Shown one piece after another: positions 15,664-24,548 of a DNA stretch of 42,898 nt. A model generated the notes under the pieces. The model worked only from the letters and a program-made list of their open reading frames with translations, was not told the origin of the DNA and ran no database searches. The position numbers and the translations under genes are program-made. Positions within the stretch are counted from its first letter, which is position 1; every line of letters begins with the position of its first letter. The DNA lies in NCBI GenBank assembly GCA_016199485.1, contig JACQGO010000135.1, forward strand, positions 1 through 42,898. The letters run 5' to 3'. Origin of the DNA: Betaproteobacteria bacterium (GTDB lineage: Bacteria; Pseudomonadota; Gammaproteobacteria; Burkholderiales; SG8-41).

Positions 15664-15981
15664 ATGGACACCACCTACGCGATCTACAGCAGTGCATTCC
15701 ACGGCGGGGGCCGTGAGGGCGCACACTACTCGGAGCGTGGCTATCTCTTCAGCCGCCATCGGAGCGAGGCCGCAGCGATCAGGCACTATCGCTCTTGGAT
15801 TCGAGGGCACGGCGATTGCCGGTGCGGCGCCCCGATCCTGATAGTGGAGTACACCGGCGCGGGCCGCAGAGCATTCTTGCACCCGCGCTGGCCGGACGAC
15901 ACACTCCCCGACTTGGTCGAGCGCCACGGGAGCGTCACGCATAACGACCGGACCGGCGGCTATCGCATCGTGCTCGATTGA
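15664..15981 (+). CDS. Hypothetical protein (AFHGGG...SRHR...CRCG)
   Basis: GAGG RBS; probable metal-binding motif. Confidence 0.7.
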   Translation: MDTTYAIYSSAFHGGGREGAHYSERGYLFSRHRSEAAAIRHYRSWIRGHGDCRCGAPILIVEYTGAGRRAFLHPRWPDDTLPDLVERHGSVTHNDRTGGYRIVLD

Positions 15982-16163
15982 CCACAACAAGGGGACTCCC
16001 AAAGATACTTTGGGACCATACTCGCTGGGTAGCCGGGAAGGCGGACGGTAAACGCGCCGACCTGCACTGCGCCGACCTGCACTGCGCCAAGCTGCCGACT
16101 GGCTGGCGCAACAACCCCCGCCCGCCTGAGCCCAGCGGCGAGCGCGGGAACGTCCCGCGCTGA
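15978..16163 (+). pseudogene. Very short pentapeptide-repeat protein or remnant
   Basis: L.KIL.DH..W..G...G.RADLHCADLHCAKL; 15-bp tandem repeat at 16054-16083. Confidence 0.55.
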
Positions 16164-16296
16164 TTGGTGGGCTCGACCAGCCATCCGTGGGGCGCCGCCG
16201 TACCGTGGCGCTCGGCCCTACTCCGTCGGCCAGATATCGGTACGGGGCGGCCCGACCGGCGAGCCGCAATCGCCGGCAACCCTTACGAGATCCTCC

Positions 16297-16548
16297 GTGA
16301 CCGGCTCTGCCATCAAGGCCCTGCGCCGCGCCCTCGGCCTCTCCGCGCGCCAGTTCGGGGCCATCCCCCTGATCGACGTGGCCGAGTGCACCGTGGTACG
16401 CTGGCAGTCGGGGGCGGTGCCGGTGCCTGCGCGCATCGCCGCCGTATGCGACCTGCTGGCCGCCGGCGAGCTGACCGGCCATCTGCCGCCCCTGGCCGAG
16501 CGCCGGGGCTGGCGCCCAGGACCACGGACGAGGAAGGACGCACCATGA
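16297..16548 (+). CDS. XRE-family HTH regulator
   Basis: IKALRRALGLSARQFG...V...TV.RW.SG..PVP. Confidence 0.75.
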   Translation: MTGSAIKALRRALGLSARQFGAIPLIDVAECTVVRWQSGAVPVPARIAAVCDLLAAGELTGHLPPLAERRGWRPGPRTRKDAP

Positions 16549-16946
16549 GCGAGAACGGCTGGCAGCTAATCGCAGAGCACGTCCAGTGCAAGGCCTTCCG
16601 CAGCGGGTGGCTGGGCCTCCTCGATCACGCCTTGGCGGTGCTCCTGCGCCGGCCCCCGCCCTATGTCCTGGAGCACATGACGTTCTCGGTCTGGGTCAAG
16701 ACGGATGGGCGACCGGCGCTGTCCACCGTGCAGCAATCTCCGGAACCGATAGCCGATCCGCTGGAAGGCCGGGCTGGCCCGGTCGGAATCGCTACCGATG
16801 GGAAGCCGCCGGAGCGATGGCATAGCTATTGGGTTGGCGACGTTCTCCACCTGTGTTGCGAAGATGGCACCGCGCGCCGATACAAATTCGACGCAGATAC
16901 GTGGCGTATCCTCCCCGACCCGCCCGCTACTCCCACGGCTCCCTGA
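16545..16946 (+). CDS. Hypothetical protein
   Basis: AAGGA RBS; ATGA overlap with the HTH gene. Confidence 0.6.
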   Translation: MSENGWQLIAEHVQCKAFRSGWLGLLDHALAVLLRRPPPYVLEHMTFSVWVKTDGRPALSTVQQSPEPIADPLEGRAGPVGIATDGKPPERWHSYWVGDVLHLCCEDGTARRYKFDADTWRILPDPPATPTAP

Positions 16947-16971
16947 GTTAGGCGCGGAGCCGGTCACGGTT

Positions 16972-17295
16972 CTACCCCACGATGACCGGGACCTCCTTCG
17001 GCTTCGCCGCCTGCCAGCGCGCCCACAGCGTGCCCAGGTAGCCGAGCATGATCAGCACCAGCCGGCCGATTGCGGCCTCGTCGCGCTGCATCGCGCGCGC
17101 GATCAGATCGAGAATCTCCGGCGTGAACAGCCCGACCGTGCCCGTCGCCGCCCACTGCGTTTTCGAGGCCAGCAGGCCGACCAGCGCCCCGGCGGCCTTC
17201 TTCTCGATCAGCGCCTTGACCAATCCCGCGATCAGTTGTACCATCACGCCTCCGTCCGGTTTGAGTGTCGTTTGCTGCGTCCGCGCCAGGATCAC
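16972..17295 (-). CDS. Holin-like membrane protein
   Basis: SKT.W motif, hydrophobic helices, LW.RW.A C-terminus; end of the lysis cassette; start may be 17244 (GGAGG RBS). Confidence 0.55.
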   Translation of the reverse strand: MILARTQQTTLKPDGGVMVQLIAGLVKALIEKKAAGALVGLLASKTQWAATGTVGLFTPEILDLIARAMQRDEAAIGRLVLIMLGYLGTLWARWQAAKPKEVPVIVG

Positions 17296-17501
17296 TTCTC
17301 GATTTCGTCTTGCGTCTCAAGGTATCCCTTGCCGGCATCCACACAATCCACACAGCCGTGCGTGAAGAAGGCATGCGTCACTGTGTGGCCGGCATCCCTG
17401 AGCCGCTGGACGAATTCCGCCGCCATGCGGTTGGCATCCTTGTAGGAATGCTTGTTGTGATGCTGCCCGGTTCCCTGGATGCTGATGTTCCAGTTGCCCA
17501 T
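17292..17501 (-). CDS. Hypothetical protein (MGNWNISI.G.G.HHN)
   Basis: AGGAGG RBS. Confidence 0.7.
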   Translation of the reverse strand: MGNWNISIQGTGQHHNKHSYKDANRMAAEFVQRLRDAGHTVTHAFFTHGCVDCVDAGKGYLETQDEIEK

Positions 17502-17504
17502 CTT

Positions 17505-17624
17505 TCACCTCCTATCGGTTCGTTTCCTCCCGCGCCCGCCCAGGGCCATCGCCAGCAGCCCCAGCACGCACGCGGCCACGATGGCCCACAGCATCATCTT
17601 CACGAGGCCCGCGTCCGTCGCCAT
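17505..17624 (-). CDS. Small single-TM protein (39 aa)
   Basis: Read manually; TM helix then basic tail. Confidence 0.45.
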   Translation of the reverse strand: MATDAGLVKMMLWAIVAACVLGLLAMALGGRGRKRTDRR

Positions 17625-17628
17625 GCCT

Positions 17629-17799
17629 CTATCTCTTCGGCCAGAAGGAGTCCCCCGTGCGGTAGAACCAGAGCGCCACCAGCAGCAGGGTGATCGGGTC
17701 AGCGAACCCCAGCGACGGCGCGCGGGCCTGCACGATCGCGTAGATGGACAACGCGCACAAACCGACAGCGAATCCGAAGAGCCACGACAGCCTGTTCAT
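17629..17799 (-). CDS. Small 2-TM protein (56 aa), holin candidate
   Basis: Read manually: MNRLSWLFGFAVGLCALSIYAIV...ITLLLVALWFY; GAGG RBS. Confidence 0.5.
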   Translation of the reverse strand: MNRLSWLFGFAVGLCALSIYAIVQARAPSLGFADPITLLLVALWFYRTGDSFWPKR

Positions 17800-17808
17800 G
17801 GTGACGCC

Positions 17809-18318
17809 TCACAAGAGGTCCCCCAAGAGCCAAGTGATCGCCGGCCAGAACCCCGGCGCTGGAGGCGTCCCGGCCTGCCGCAGTGCGGTCGGCGTCGGCG
17901 GCATCGGCGCTGGACTCGGCTTGGCGGGCTCCGGCTCCGGCGCGACGCAGATCACACGCCGGATTTCCTGATCGTGGGCCAGGAGCCGCCAGCCCAGCGG
18001 CGTAAGCAGCGAGCAGAAGAGAGCGGCATCGTCGGTTGATGCGGTATCGCCGCCCAGGCAGATCGACTTCCATTCGCCTGGTTTCCACGCGGGCCACCGG
18101 AAGAATGCCGCAGGCGTTCCGCCGGAGCGACAGACGGTTCCGGCATCGCCATCCGTAGGCGCTCGCACCTCAGCCCCAATGCGCAAGAGGAATCGCCGCA
18201 CGCTGCCCAGGTCGTCATAGTTGAGGATGTAGACATCGACGATTGGCTCGCCGCGGGCCGACGGTGTGGCCAGCCCCAGCAGCAGCACCATCGCCGCCAC
18301 CACCATCGCTCGCATCAT
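17809..18318 (-). CDS. Secreted/periplasmic protein in the lysis cassette
   Basis: Signal peptide, four Cys, Pro-rich tail; AAGGAGG RBS. Confidence 0.6.
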   Translation of the reverse strand: MMRAMVVAAMVLLLGLATPSARGEPIVDVYILNYDDLGSVRRFLLRIGAEVRAPTDGDAGTVCRSGGTPAAFFRWPAWKPGEWKSICLGGDTASTDDAALFCSLLTPLGWRLLAHDQEIRRVICVAPEPEPAKPSPAPMPPTPTALRQAGTPPAPGFWPAITWLLGDLL

Positions 18319-18348
18319 GGGAAGCGCCCTCCTTGGGCGCGTGCCCCG

Positions 18349-19077
18349 CTACGGCACCAGCCGATCGTGCCGCTCCGCCACATCGGAAATGTACCGGGCC
18401 GCCCCGGCGCCTGCGTTGTAGCCTGCCGCGTAGCAGGCCAGCTCCTCACGTCCCCGGCATGCCGGCCGCACCACCTGGGCCAGGTAGCGCCCCGACCAGT
18501 AGAGCGCGGAGATAGGCTCCCTGAGCCATCCCGCCGCCCTGGTCAGGTTCTCCGGCGTCGTCGGCCAGCCCAGGGTCAGCAGCACGGTGGCCGGCTTCAT
18601 GTGCGCCAGCCCCACCTCGCCGGCGCCGCCGTCCGGTACGCCCGGGTCCCATGCCCGGTTCTCCTGCTCGACGATGGCGCGCAGCACCCCGGGCGGGAGA
18701 CCCCAGCAGGCGCCCATCATGTCGGCGGCCGCCTGCAGCGAGGTAGGCTGCTCACGGTATGCCTGGCGCACGGCTTGGTAGCAGGTGAGCGGCGCGGCCT
18801 CCGCGGCGACCGGGAACACCAGCGCCAGCGCCAGCACCCCCAGCGCCCTGAGCAGCCCCGCCAGCTTGTCCCGACTCAACACGAGGAACCCCAGCACGGC
18901 GGCCCCGCCCCACAACAGGAACCGCCATCGCTGCAAGGAGGAAATCCGCCGTGAGTGCTCGTTGAGCCTGTCGCGGTGCTCATCGAGGGAGGCGAGCGCG
19001 CGATCCACCTTGCCCTCGGTGCGCGCCACGCTCTCCCGGATCGTCGCCAGATCCCCGAACAGCCGCTGCTCATCCAT
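18349..19077 (-). CDS. Membrane-anchored lytic transglycosylase (holin-like N-terminus + SLT domain)
   Basis: Coiled coil + 2 TM, then GLPPGVLRAIVEQEN, GEVGLAHM and AGYNAG SLT motifs. Confidence 0.75.
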   Translation of the reverse strand: MDEQRLFGDLATIRESVARTEGKVDRALASLDEHRDRLNEHSRRISSLQRWRFLLWGGAAVLGFLVLSRDKLAGLLRALGVLALALVFPVAAEAAPLTCYQAVRQAYREQPTSLQAAADMMGACWGLPPGVLRAIVEQENRAWDPGVPDGGAGEVGLAHMKPATVLLTLGWPTTPENLTRAAGWLREPISALYWSGRYLAQVVRPACRGREELACYAAGYNAGAGAARYISDVAERHDRLVP

Positions 19078-19090
19078 GGGCCCCCGCCGT

Positions 19091-19639
19091 TCAGAGGGTC
19101 ACGCGGCCGAACCACCCGCGCACGAATGCCTCGTCCGTCTCCCGCCGCTCGGTGAGCGCCAGGTAGTACGTGCCGCGCTGGCAGAGCAGCATCTTGAGGC
19201 ACGTCAGCTTGTCGAGCGCCAGCATCAGCCGCGGCAGCGCCGCCAGCGTCACCGGCCCGATCCGGCCGTCAACTTCGAGATTCGGGTAGAGCTCGCCCGC
19301 GCGGTTGAGCGCGTTGAGCGCGATCTGCAGGAAGCGCCCCGCCATCACCGACCCGAGGTTCACCCCCACGTCGAACAGCTCGAGCGCCACGGGCTCATGC
19401 CACCGCGCCACGTCATCGAGCCGCAGCGGGCGCCAGTAGTCCTCGTCGTAGATCATCTGCGCGACGCCGACCGGCAGGGCGCGCATGTCGCCCTCGTACC
19501 CGTGCCGCCGGGCCACCGCCTCCGTGATGCCCCAGCGCGTCGCGCCGCCGTGGTCGCGCGGGTCGTTGCCGTACCCGCCCTCGTGGCCCAGCGTGCGCGC
19601 GAGCGCCCGGTAGAACGGCCCCGTCAGTCCCTCGCCCAT
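19091..19639 (-). CDS. Endolysin, glycoside hydrolase family 108 with PG-binding C-terminus
   Basis: HEGGY.NDP.D.GG.T.WGIT, Y...YW, FD.GVN.G, LQ.ALN, VDG.IGP.T, F.RGW..R. Confidence 0.92.
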   Translation of the reverse strand: MGEGLTGPFYRALARTLGHEGGYGNDPRDHGGATRWGITEAVARRHGYEGDMRALPVGVAQMIYDEDYWRPLRLDDVARWHEPVALELFDVGVNLGSVMAGRFLQIALNALNRAGELYPNLEVDGRIGPVTLAALPRLMLALDKLTCLKMLLCQRGTYYLALTERRETDEAFVRGWFGRVTL

Positions 19640-19739
19640 CGCTCTCCTCCAACCAGGAACCATAAACCAGAAACCACGAACCGTAGTCCCGGTAATCGTG
19701 CCCCTTGCGCTACCGCCTCGCCCCGCGCCATCATGGGGC

Positions 19740-19952
19740 ATGGAAACTCTGGTGCTCGCCCTCGTGATGCTGCCCGTCGCGCTCTTGGTGCCGGTGCTCG
19801 TCTTCATGCCAACACGCTTCGTCGTTTCCCGATTTTACGCATGGGCCTTCTACGGGTTGATTGCCGGCATGAGCATCGACCTGGTCCTCTTTGTAGTCGG
19901 GGGCGCGGCGATCCTTCTCGCGGGTTTCTACATCGGGCCTTCCGGGCGATGA
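19740..19952 (+). CDS. Small multi-TM moron protein
   Basis: Almost wholly hydrophobic, 70 aa; opposite strand to the late operon. Confidence 0.55.
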   Translation: METLVLALVMLPVALLVPVLVFMPTRFVVSRFYAWAFYGLIAGMSIDLVLFVVGGAAILLAGFYIGPSGR

Positions 19953-20338
19953 ATCCGGGCATGCGCACCATCCTCTCCGCCCTCGCCCTGCTCGCCCTGC
20001 TGCTCGCCCTGGCCCGCCCCGCGGCCGCCTGGAGCCCCGACCCCTGGACCGCCGAGCAGGTGGCGCTCCAAGGCGCGTTCCTTGGCCTGCTGGCGATCGA
20101 TGCCGCGCAGACCATGGACTTCCGCGGTGCCCGAGTCGGTGAACTCAACCCGCTCCTGGGATCGCACCCCACGGATACCGGAATCGCCCGGTATTTCATT
20201 GCCACCGCCCTGCTGCATGGCGCTGTCTCCGCCGTCCTGCCTTCCTCGCTGCGCACCCGCTGGCAGTACGTCACCGCGGGCGTTCAGGCACATTCCGTGT
20301 GGGTCAACTGGCAACTTGGCCTCACGTTTGGGTTTTAA
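19949..20338 (+). CDS. Exported membrane moron protein (D..QT...E.NPL motif)
   Basis: Signal peptide ...RPAAA, IDAAQT, GELNPLLG, C-terminal GLTFGF. Confidence 0.7.
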   Translation: MNPGMRTILSALALLALLLALARPAAAWSPDPWTAEQVALQGAFLGLLAIDAAQTMDFRGARVGELNPLLGSHPTDTGIARYFIATALLHGAVSAVLPSSLRTRWQYVTAGVQAHSVWVNWQLGLTFGF

Positions 20339-23300
20339 TATGGTGAAAACGCGAGGCGATAAGCGGCAATCTTATCATTAGAATTATCTGAAAACGCAAT
20401 ATCTACCGCATTTATTTTGGCAAGTGCACCGGTTGTCGCGCTTGCAATAGCAGCCAAGCGACTGCCAGATTGTTGCCAAATAGAACCGGTGAATCTATAA
20501 ACGCGCAGTTCATCATTCGTCGCATCGAAATACGCAACGTCTGTGACGTTCAATGCAGCAAGTGCGGGGGTTCCAATACTGCTAATTGCCAGCCCGCTCC
20601 CGACCAGAGACCATGCGGAACCATTGAAACGATATGTGCGAAGCTCCGCGTTGGTGCTTCCGATAAGGGCCACGTCTGTATCATTCAACGTCGCCAATGC
20701 GGGGTTTCCAACGCCACTAATTGCCAGCCCACTCCCGATCAAAGACCACGCAGAACCGTCAAACCGATACGTGCGGAGTTCTCCCGTTGATCCGAAAAAA
20801 GCAACATCGGTGCTATCCAATGCCGTAATTGCCACCGAAATTGCGGTGGCGATTGATAACCCACTCCCAACTAAAGCCCATGTCGAACCATTGAACCTAT
20901 ATGTACGAAGTTCATCATTGTTAGTGTCAAAGTATGCAACATCTGTGTCATTAAGTGCCGCAATAGCAACAGTCCCGCCGGCGTTCGTTATATTCAACCC
21001 ACTCCCGACCTGAGCCCATATAGAACCGTTAAATCGATATGTGCGGAGTGTATTTGTCGCGGAATTATGAGCAACCGCAATGTCCGTGTTGTTAAGCGCT
21101 GCGAGTGATGGGTTTCCGAGCGGCGCAACAGATAATCCAGTGCCCAAAGGGACAGCGGATGTCCACTCCCATGTGAAAATCAGATCGCCGGTCTGCACCA
21201 CCTCGACCCAGGCGCTCTTGGCGCCGAGGCTGTTGACGGAGCGCAGGCGCGCCTCGTAGCGGGTGGCGTTCGCCACGTCGAACAGGTTCCACTCGGTCGT
21301 GGCGCCGGGCACCTTGACCACGGGCAGCCACGAGGCGCCGCCGACGGCGCGGTACTCGATCTCGATGTGGCCGCCTTGGGTGACGTACTGGTCCACCGGC
21401 GCCGTCCAGGCGAGGCGCAGCCGCGCGAGCCGCTTGCCCTCGCTCACGCTCGTCTGTGCCGCAAAGGTCAGCCCGCTCGGGGTGCGCACGTCGAACGGGT
21501 TGGGCAGGTTGCTCGCCGGGGGCTTGACCACCTCCTGCTCGTCGGTGCCGGCCGTCCAGGCGTAGGCGGTGCTGTCGAGCTCGGCGAGCAGCAGCGTGCA
21601 GCCGAGCATGGGCACGCCGCCGGACTCGTCGAGCGTGAGCGCCGCCTGCGCCACCTCGAAGGACTTTGCGCTCCACCCGAGCACGTCGTTGTCGAGCGAG
21701 AGGGTATCGCCGGGCTGCACCTGGTAGGCGGCCAGGCTGGCCGGGTACACCACGCGCAAGGGGCGCTGCACGCGCTCGAGCATGATCTTCGCGAGCCGCT
21801 GGCAGCCGGAGCCCGATTGCGAGAACGGGAACGTCACGTCGCGGTAGAGCCGCTCGTTCCCCTGCATCAGCGCCTGGTAGGTCGCGTTGGTGACCTGCGG
21901 GAACTCCGTCGCCTGGTAGTCGTGGTCCGGGCTGGCGAACATGCCCTTGACCGCGTTGAAGTTGTCGCGGTTCGCGATCAGCGAGGATACCTTGAGCGGC
22001 CCGCGCAGGTCGCCCTCGTCGAGCGTGACGGTGGGCGCGCGCCACACCGCGGCGTAGAGCCCCCACAGCGCGTTGACGTGGGAGAGGCCGCCGCCCATGG
22101 CGGAGAGCAGGTTGCGCAGCGCATCGCCCCGCGCCTGCGATTGCAGGTACACGCCGTCGGCGCGGTAGCGCGGCTCCGACTTGCGCGTGAGCGTGTGCGT
22201 GCCGGTGCCGGCCGTGGTGATGTCGATGGCGGTGCCCGCCCGCGCGGCGCCGAGCGTCGTCGCGAGCTTGAGCGTGTCCTCCGTCACGCGGATCACGTAG
22301 TAGTCGGTCGAGGCCGCCAGCCCGCCCGGCAGGCCGCCCCCGCTGTTCGACGTCCACACCTTGTCGCCCGTGGCCCAGAAGACTTTGTCGCTCTTCGTGC
22401 AGAGGTCGCTGGCGGCGACGGCGGTGAAGGTCGCCGTGGTCTCGACCACCACCACCATCTCGTCGCAGGCGTTGGCCGCGGCGACGTTGAGCGTCGAGTC
22501 CTGCTCGTCGAGCGCGACCCGTGCGCCGTAGTCCTCGTCCAGCACGGCATCGAGCGCCGCCAGCGCCGCGTTGTCGCTCCAGCCGTGGTAGTAGACGACC
22601 GTGTGCACGCCGGCGCCGGCATCGGTGATGTCGATCGCCGTGCCCGCGCGCGCGTTGGCGAGCGAAGTCGCCAGCTTGAAGGTCGTGCTGCTCTGCCAGA
22701 TCAGGTAGTAGTCGGTGGCGAGCGCCAGCCCGGCCGGGAGCGTGTCGGTGGTGGTGAGCCGCACCACCTCGCCCGTCATGATCTGCCCGCCGGCCGCGGT
22801 GCACACGTCCGTCGCCGCTACGGCCGTGAAGGTGTAGCTCTGGATGGAGCGCGGGTCGTACAGCCGCCGGCCCTTCACTTCGAATGTGATCGAGCCCGGG
22901 GAGAAGTTGGAGAACAGGCTTTCATTCCAGAGCAGCCGCAGCCACGCGAGCGCACACCCGCGCTGGCGGTGGGCGGTGCTCCAGCTCGCGTTGAGCGTGA
23001 GGTCGTTGTTGTTGGCGTCGCTGTCGCCGGCGCTGGTGCCCGACCCCTCGTTCATCAGCCACAGCCCCTCCAGGCTCGCCTCGGCGCCGGTGAGCTCCGT
23101 GGTCTGGTCGGTGTCGATCTCGGCGGGGGTGCGCACCGCGCTCCAGATGGCGAGGTAGGCGATATCGCCCGCGGCGTAGGGCGTCTCGCCGTCGAGCGAC
23201 CCCACCCGCAGCGTGCCGGAGCCGGCGCCGCCGCTGTAGGCCGTGCCGGTGGTGGCCTCCTCGACCAGCGTGTCATCGACATCCGCCATGTAGAGCTGCA

Positions 23301-24129
23301 TCCCGCCGGCGCCGCCGCGCATGGCGATCCGCGCCGAGCCGTGCAGCCCGAGGGCCGTGCCGCTGGTGATCGTCGTGCCGGCCGAATCGATGAAGCTCAG
23401 GGTGCCGTCCGCGTTCTGCCGCAGCCGCCAGTCCCAGCTCCCCGTCTCGCCCATGGCGAGGATCGTCTGCACGTCGCCAATCCGGTGCGGGCGCCAGAAC
23501 AGCTCGATCGTGATCGAGGCAGGACGGAGCGCGGTGTTGCTCGGGCTGGAGAGGGTATGGCCCGTCCCGTTCAGCGCGATCGAGCCGAGCCCGAGCGCGA
23601 CGGTGGTGAGATCGTCAGGCCCCCAGGCGGGGCGCGTCTCGTTGACCAGGGCGGTGAGCGCCGCCTGCTCGTGCGTGCCGAGGGCCTTCTCGCAGTGCAC
23701 GTACCCGGCGAAGCGCCCGGTGGCGTCCCCGGAGCCGTCCAGCGGCACGCGCTCGTTGTTGAAGAACGGATCGCCGATCTCCTGCATCTGGTGGCCGGCG
23801 AGCGTGATCACGTAGTTCATGTACTCGTTGCTCGCCCCGGAGACGTGCGCGAACGTCACCACGCCGCCGAGCCGGGTCTGCCCGATCACCACGCGCCGCG
23901 GGGCCGCCGGGTCCACGCCGGTCGCCAGGGTGCCGGTCAGATCGCCCGGCCCTGCCTTGGGCGGCTTGGGCGCCAGCAGCACCCCGAGCAGCGCCAACGC
24001 TGCGACGACCGCGACTACCTCCCAGCTGATAAGTCCCAATCCCGCCAAGACTACGGGCACCACGACCTGCGACCCCACAGTCCGTGCGGCGTTCTGGGCC
24101 CATCCCGACATTTGGAAGGCCTTGCTCAC
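20335..24129 (-). CDS. Tail tip / host-specificity protein (lambda J-like) with inserted LamG, repeat and propeller domains
   Basis: PRRVVIG..R.GG, GRRLYDPR, WS.N.AL, FNAVKG.F..P...YQ, QRLAKI.L.R, FN3; C-terminal six-fold LRTYRF.GS.W..VGSGL repeats. Confidence 0.88.
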   Translation of the reverse strand: MSKAFQMSGWAQNAARTVGSQVVVPVVLAGLGLISWEVVAVVAALALLGVLLAPKPPKAGPGDLTGTLATGVDPAAPRRVVIGQTRLGGVVTFAHVSGASNEYMNYVITLAGHQMQEIGDPFFNNERVPLDGSGDATGRFAGYVHCEKALGTHEQAALTALVNETRPAWGPDDLTTVALGLGSIALNGTGHTLSSPSNTALRPASITIELFWRPHRIGDVQTILAMGETGSWDWRLRQNADGTLSFIDSAGTTITSGTALGLHGSARIAMRGGAGGMQLYMADVDDTLVEEATTGTAYSGGAGSGTLRVGSLDGETPYAAGDIAYLAIWSAVRTPAEIDTDQTTELTGAEASLEGLWLMNEGSGTSAGDSDANNNDLTLNASWSTAHRQRGCALAWLRLLWNESLFSNFSPGSITFEVKGRRLYDPRSIQSYTFTAVAATDVCTAAGGQIMTGEVVRLTTTDTLPAGLALATDYYLIWQSSTTFKLATSLANARAGTAIDITDAGAGVHTVVYYHGWSDNAALAALDAVLDEDYGARVALDEQDSTLNVAAANACDEMVVVVETTATFTAVAASDLCTKSDKVFWATGDKVWTSNSGGGLPGGLAASTDYYVIRVTEDTLKLATTLGAARAGTAIDITTAGTGTHTLTRKSEPRYRADGVYLQSQARGDALRNLLSAMGGGLSHVNALWGLYAAVWRAPTVTLDEGDLRGPLKVSSLIANRDNFNAVKGMFASPDHDYQATEFPQVTNATYQALMQGNERLYRDVTFPFSQSGSGCQRLAKIMLERVQRPLRVVYPASLAAYQVQPGDTLSLDNDVLGWSAKSFEVAQAALTLDESGGVPMLGCTLLLAELDSTAYAWTAGTDEQEVVKPPASNLPNPFDVRTPSGLTFAAQTSVSEGKRLARLRLAWTAPVDQYVTQGGHIEIEYRAVGGASWLPVVKVPGATTEWNLFDVANATRYEARLRSVNSLGAKSAWVEVVQTGDLIFTWEWTSAVPLGTGLSVAPLGNPSLAALNNTDIAVAHNSATNTLRTYRFNGSIWAQVGSGLNITNAGGTVAIAALNDTDVAYFDTNNDELRTYRFNGSTWALVGSGLSIATAISVAITALDSTDVAFFGSTGELRTYRFDGSAWSLIGSGLAISGVGNPALATLNDTDVALIGSTNAELRTYRFNGSAWSLVGSGLAISSIGTPALAALNVTDVAYFDATNDELRVYRFTGSIWQQSGSRLAAIASATTGALAKINAVDIAFSDNSNDKIAAYRLAFSPY

Positions 24130-24548
24130 CCGATCCTCCACGCGCAGGCGAAGCGCTCCAGCCGGAGGAAGTCGAGCCCGGCCGGCCCCAGCACGGCGCC
24201 CTCCGCGCCCAGGCATACCCCCAGGTGCTCGACGCCCCGCGCGTCCACCAGCAGCAGCACGTCGCCGCGCTGCGCCTCCATCCAGCCGACAGGCTCCGCG
24301 TCCAGCACGGCGTTGACCGCCTCCCGCAGCCCGCCCCCGCCGAGCCGGCGCATGAGGCGGAGCGAGCCCGCCTCCGTGTCGTACCGCCCGCGGACGGCCT
24401 CGCCGAGGTCATGGCCGGTCAGCTCGCGCACCACGTCGAGCGCGAACAGCGCGCAGTCGTGCGTGCCGATCACGTATGGCTCGCGCCGCGCGCGCGCGAC
24501 CGCGGCGTACAGCCGCGCCTCCCAGCCCTCGCTGCGATGCAGGATCAT
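24126..24548 (-). CDS. NlpC/P60-like tail assembly protein
   Basis: W..RL......Y..G.HDCALF...V..LTG.D; RGDV; HLGVC.G. Confidence 0.82.
   Translation of the reverse strand: MILHRSEGWEARLYAAVARARREPYVIGTHDCALFALDVVRELTGHDLGEAVRGRYDTEAGSLRLMRRLGGGGLREAVNAVLDAEPVGWMEAQRGDVLLLVDARGVEHLGVCLGAEGAVLGPAGLDFLRLERFACAWRIG

Noticed and set aside
20335-21170. Diversity-generating retroelement target
   Set aside because: No reverse transcriptase and no template/variable repeat pair; the repeats are diverged protein blades.
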